Of a DNA stretch of 64,000 nucleotides, positions 62,721 to 64,000 are shown in pieces. This DNA is from Utricularia gibba (lineage: Eukaryota > Plantae > Magnoliophyta), in NCBI GenBank assembly GCA_002189035.1, contig CM007989.1, positions 4,526,001 through 4,590,000 of the forward strand. The letters are read 5' to 3'. Position 1 is the first letter of the stretch, and each line of letters opens with the position of its first letter. The notes under the pieces are model-generated. The model did not search any database. It was given only the letters and a program-made list of their open reading frames with translations, and had not been told where the DNA came from. Both the position numbers and the translations under genes were made by a program.

Positions 62721-63538
62721 AATTTTTAGGAATTCCATATAATGTCTATGAATATAATAGTAATTTGAATACTTACATTGCAACTCTAGAAAATGTGTAT
62801 ACTTACAACATCAATTCAATCAGTCATGTGCTTAATTTAGGAATTCCAAGACAATCTTAACATTACTATTAGTGCTTCTATTTATAAAACTGTATAATGA
62901 AGACATGAAAGTAGGACACTTGTCAAAGAAGAAGAATCGGATTTATTCCATGAGCGATCAACTAAATTTATAATATTGCAAGAGAATAAATAAACTCAAG
63001 AATGGTCTTGATCGAAGTTAGCCACCTAGAAAAATGAAATGCGCACCTTTGTTGTAGGGACATCCAGATCAACTTATTTAGAAAAATATTTAGTGTATAA
63101 TTTTTATTTTGAAAATTTATCTAATGTACAAAATATATTACAAAAGTATGCAACTTTTTTCTTTTTCTCTCTTTCATTAATTATATATAATTATGAATAT
63201 AAAATACTATTATTTAATCAAACAAAACATATAATTCTAAAATAATATACGATATGAAAATAGCATTATATGGCAATTTTTACATAAAACGTATTATTTT
63301 ATACGGATCGAAGAATTTAGGGGAAAAAATAAATATTTTAAAATATGTTAAATATAAATATTTAGTCAGCATGTCTGCAGATATCTATAATATAAAAAGA
63401 CTTGCACATTTTGAGGGGTGGACATGGGGTTTGGATGGAAGTCAATGCGTCAGAACTTAAATCTGAAAACACCCTGAACAAGGAGCAGAAACAGTGGAGC
63501 AATCCGTGCGCACTTTGTGTAAGAGGAGCACCAGCAAC

Positions 63539-64000
63539 TTAGGATTCCATGGCTTCGGCATGATACTTGTCGAGCTCTTTGTCAAGCTCCTCCGCGGATT
63601 TTTTCACCCACTGAGCTCCTCCACGGCCTCCTCTACGTGACAGTGACTGTGACTGTGACTGTGACTGTGCCTGCGCTCCTCCGCGTCCCCGACCCCTGCC
63701 CCTGCCAGCCATGCCTCCACGAACACCTCCTCGACCCCTCGCCCTGCCGAACGTTCGATTCACTGCAGAAATGCCACCTCTCGGGATAGACGGTCCTGCA
63801 GTCCTGCGAACGATACACATCCTCATAAACATTTCTGAAAAGCAAGCTGGATAGAGAGCACTCTCAACCAGGGCCATGAATGTTTTCACTTACGCCATGA
63901 CAACAGTTCGCTTTGGCCCGTTCGTGCCTCCGACAACATTAACACGGGGTGATACAGCAGTTTGAATATTGTCTCCAACTATCTCAACCTTCATGGGCCT
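63539..64000 (-). CDS. ALY: ALY/THO complex subunit 4 (mRNA export adaptor), last two exons (64000-63894, 63803-63539); 5' part outside window
   Basis: RPMKVEIVGDNI..RVNVVGGTNGPKRTVVM|(A)TAGP.. RGG-rich region and C-terminal KKSAEELDKELDKYHAEAMES* (UAP56-binding motif). GT-AG intron 63893-63804. Confidence 0.9.
63642..63668. repeat. (GTGACT)n hexamer repeat encoding a QS run in ALY
   Basis: cagtgactgtgactgtgactgtgactgtg gives AQAQSQSQSQSL. Confidence 0.85.

Noticed and set aside
1-64000. CRISPR arrays, rRNA, tRNA genes, organellar insertions, telomeric arrays
   Set aside because: No such patterns seen; the tRNA-complementary stretches are retrotransposon PBSs.

Overview
Plant (angiosperm) nuclear DNA, roughly two thirds decayed and nested transposons. 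Four host genes are supported, all on the minus strand: a KANADI/RL9-type GARP transcription factor (~23.4-25.5 kb, last exon unresolved), an ARS1/ZNF830-like zinc-finger gene (7 exons, 42684-44610), a small uncharacterised single-exon gene (45390-45719), and the last two exons of an ALY/THO4 mRNA export gene (from 63539, running off the window). Mobile DNA comprises a deleted Athila element whose second LTR is followed by a new PBS and gag start; Tekay, CRM and Athila-type solo LTRs, several with target-site duplications (TSDs); a Tat element with the extra archaeal-type RNase H nested in a Copia; a Reina chromovirus nested in a solo LTR; two hAT relics; a PIF/Harbinger relic; and several Copia fragments. 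The most unusual observations are an intron-containing FCP1/NIF-type phosphatase gene fragment enclosed by the terminal inverted repeats (TIRs) of a hAT element, and a hairpin conserved with compensatory changes across three diverged LTRs. No rRNA, tRNA or CRISPR features were seen. All assignments come from reading and motif recognition by eye; no database search was run. I found no clear evidence of a wholly new biological system.
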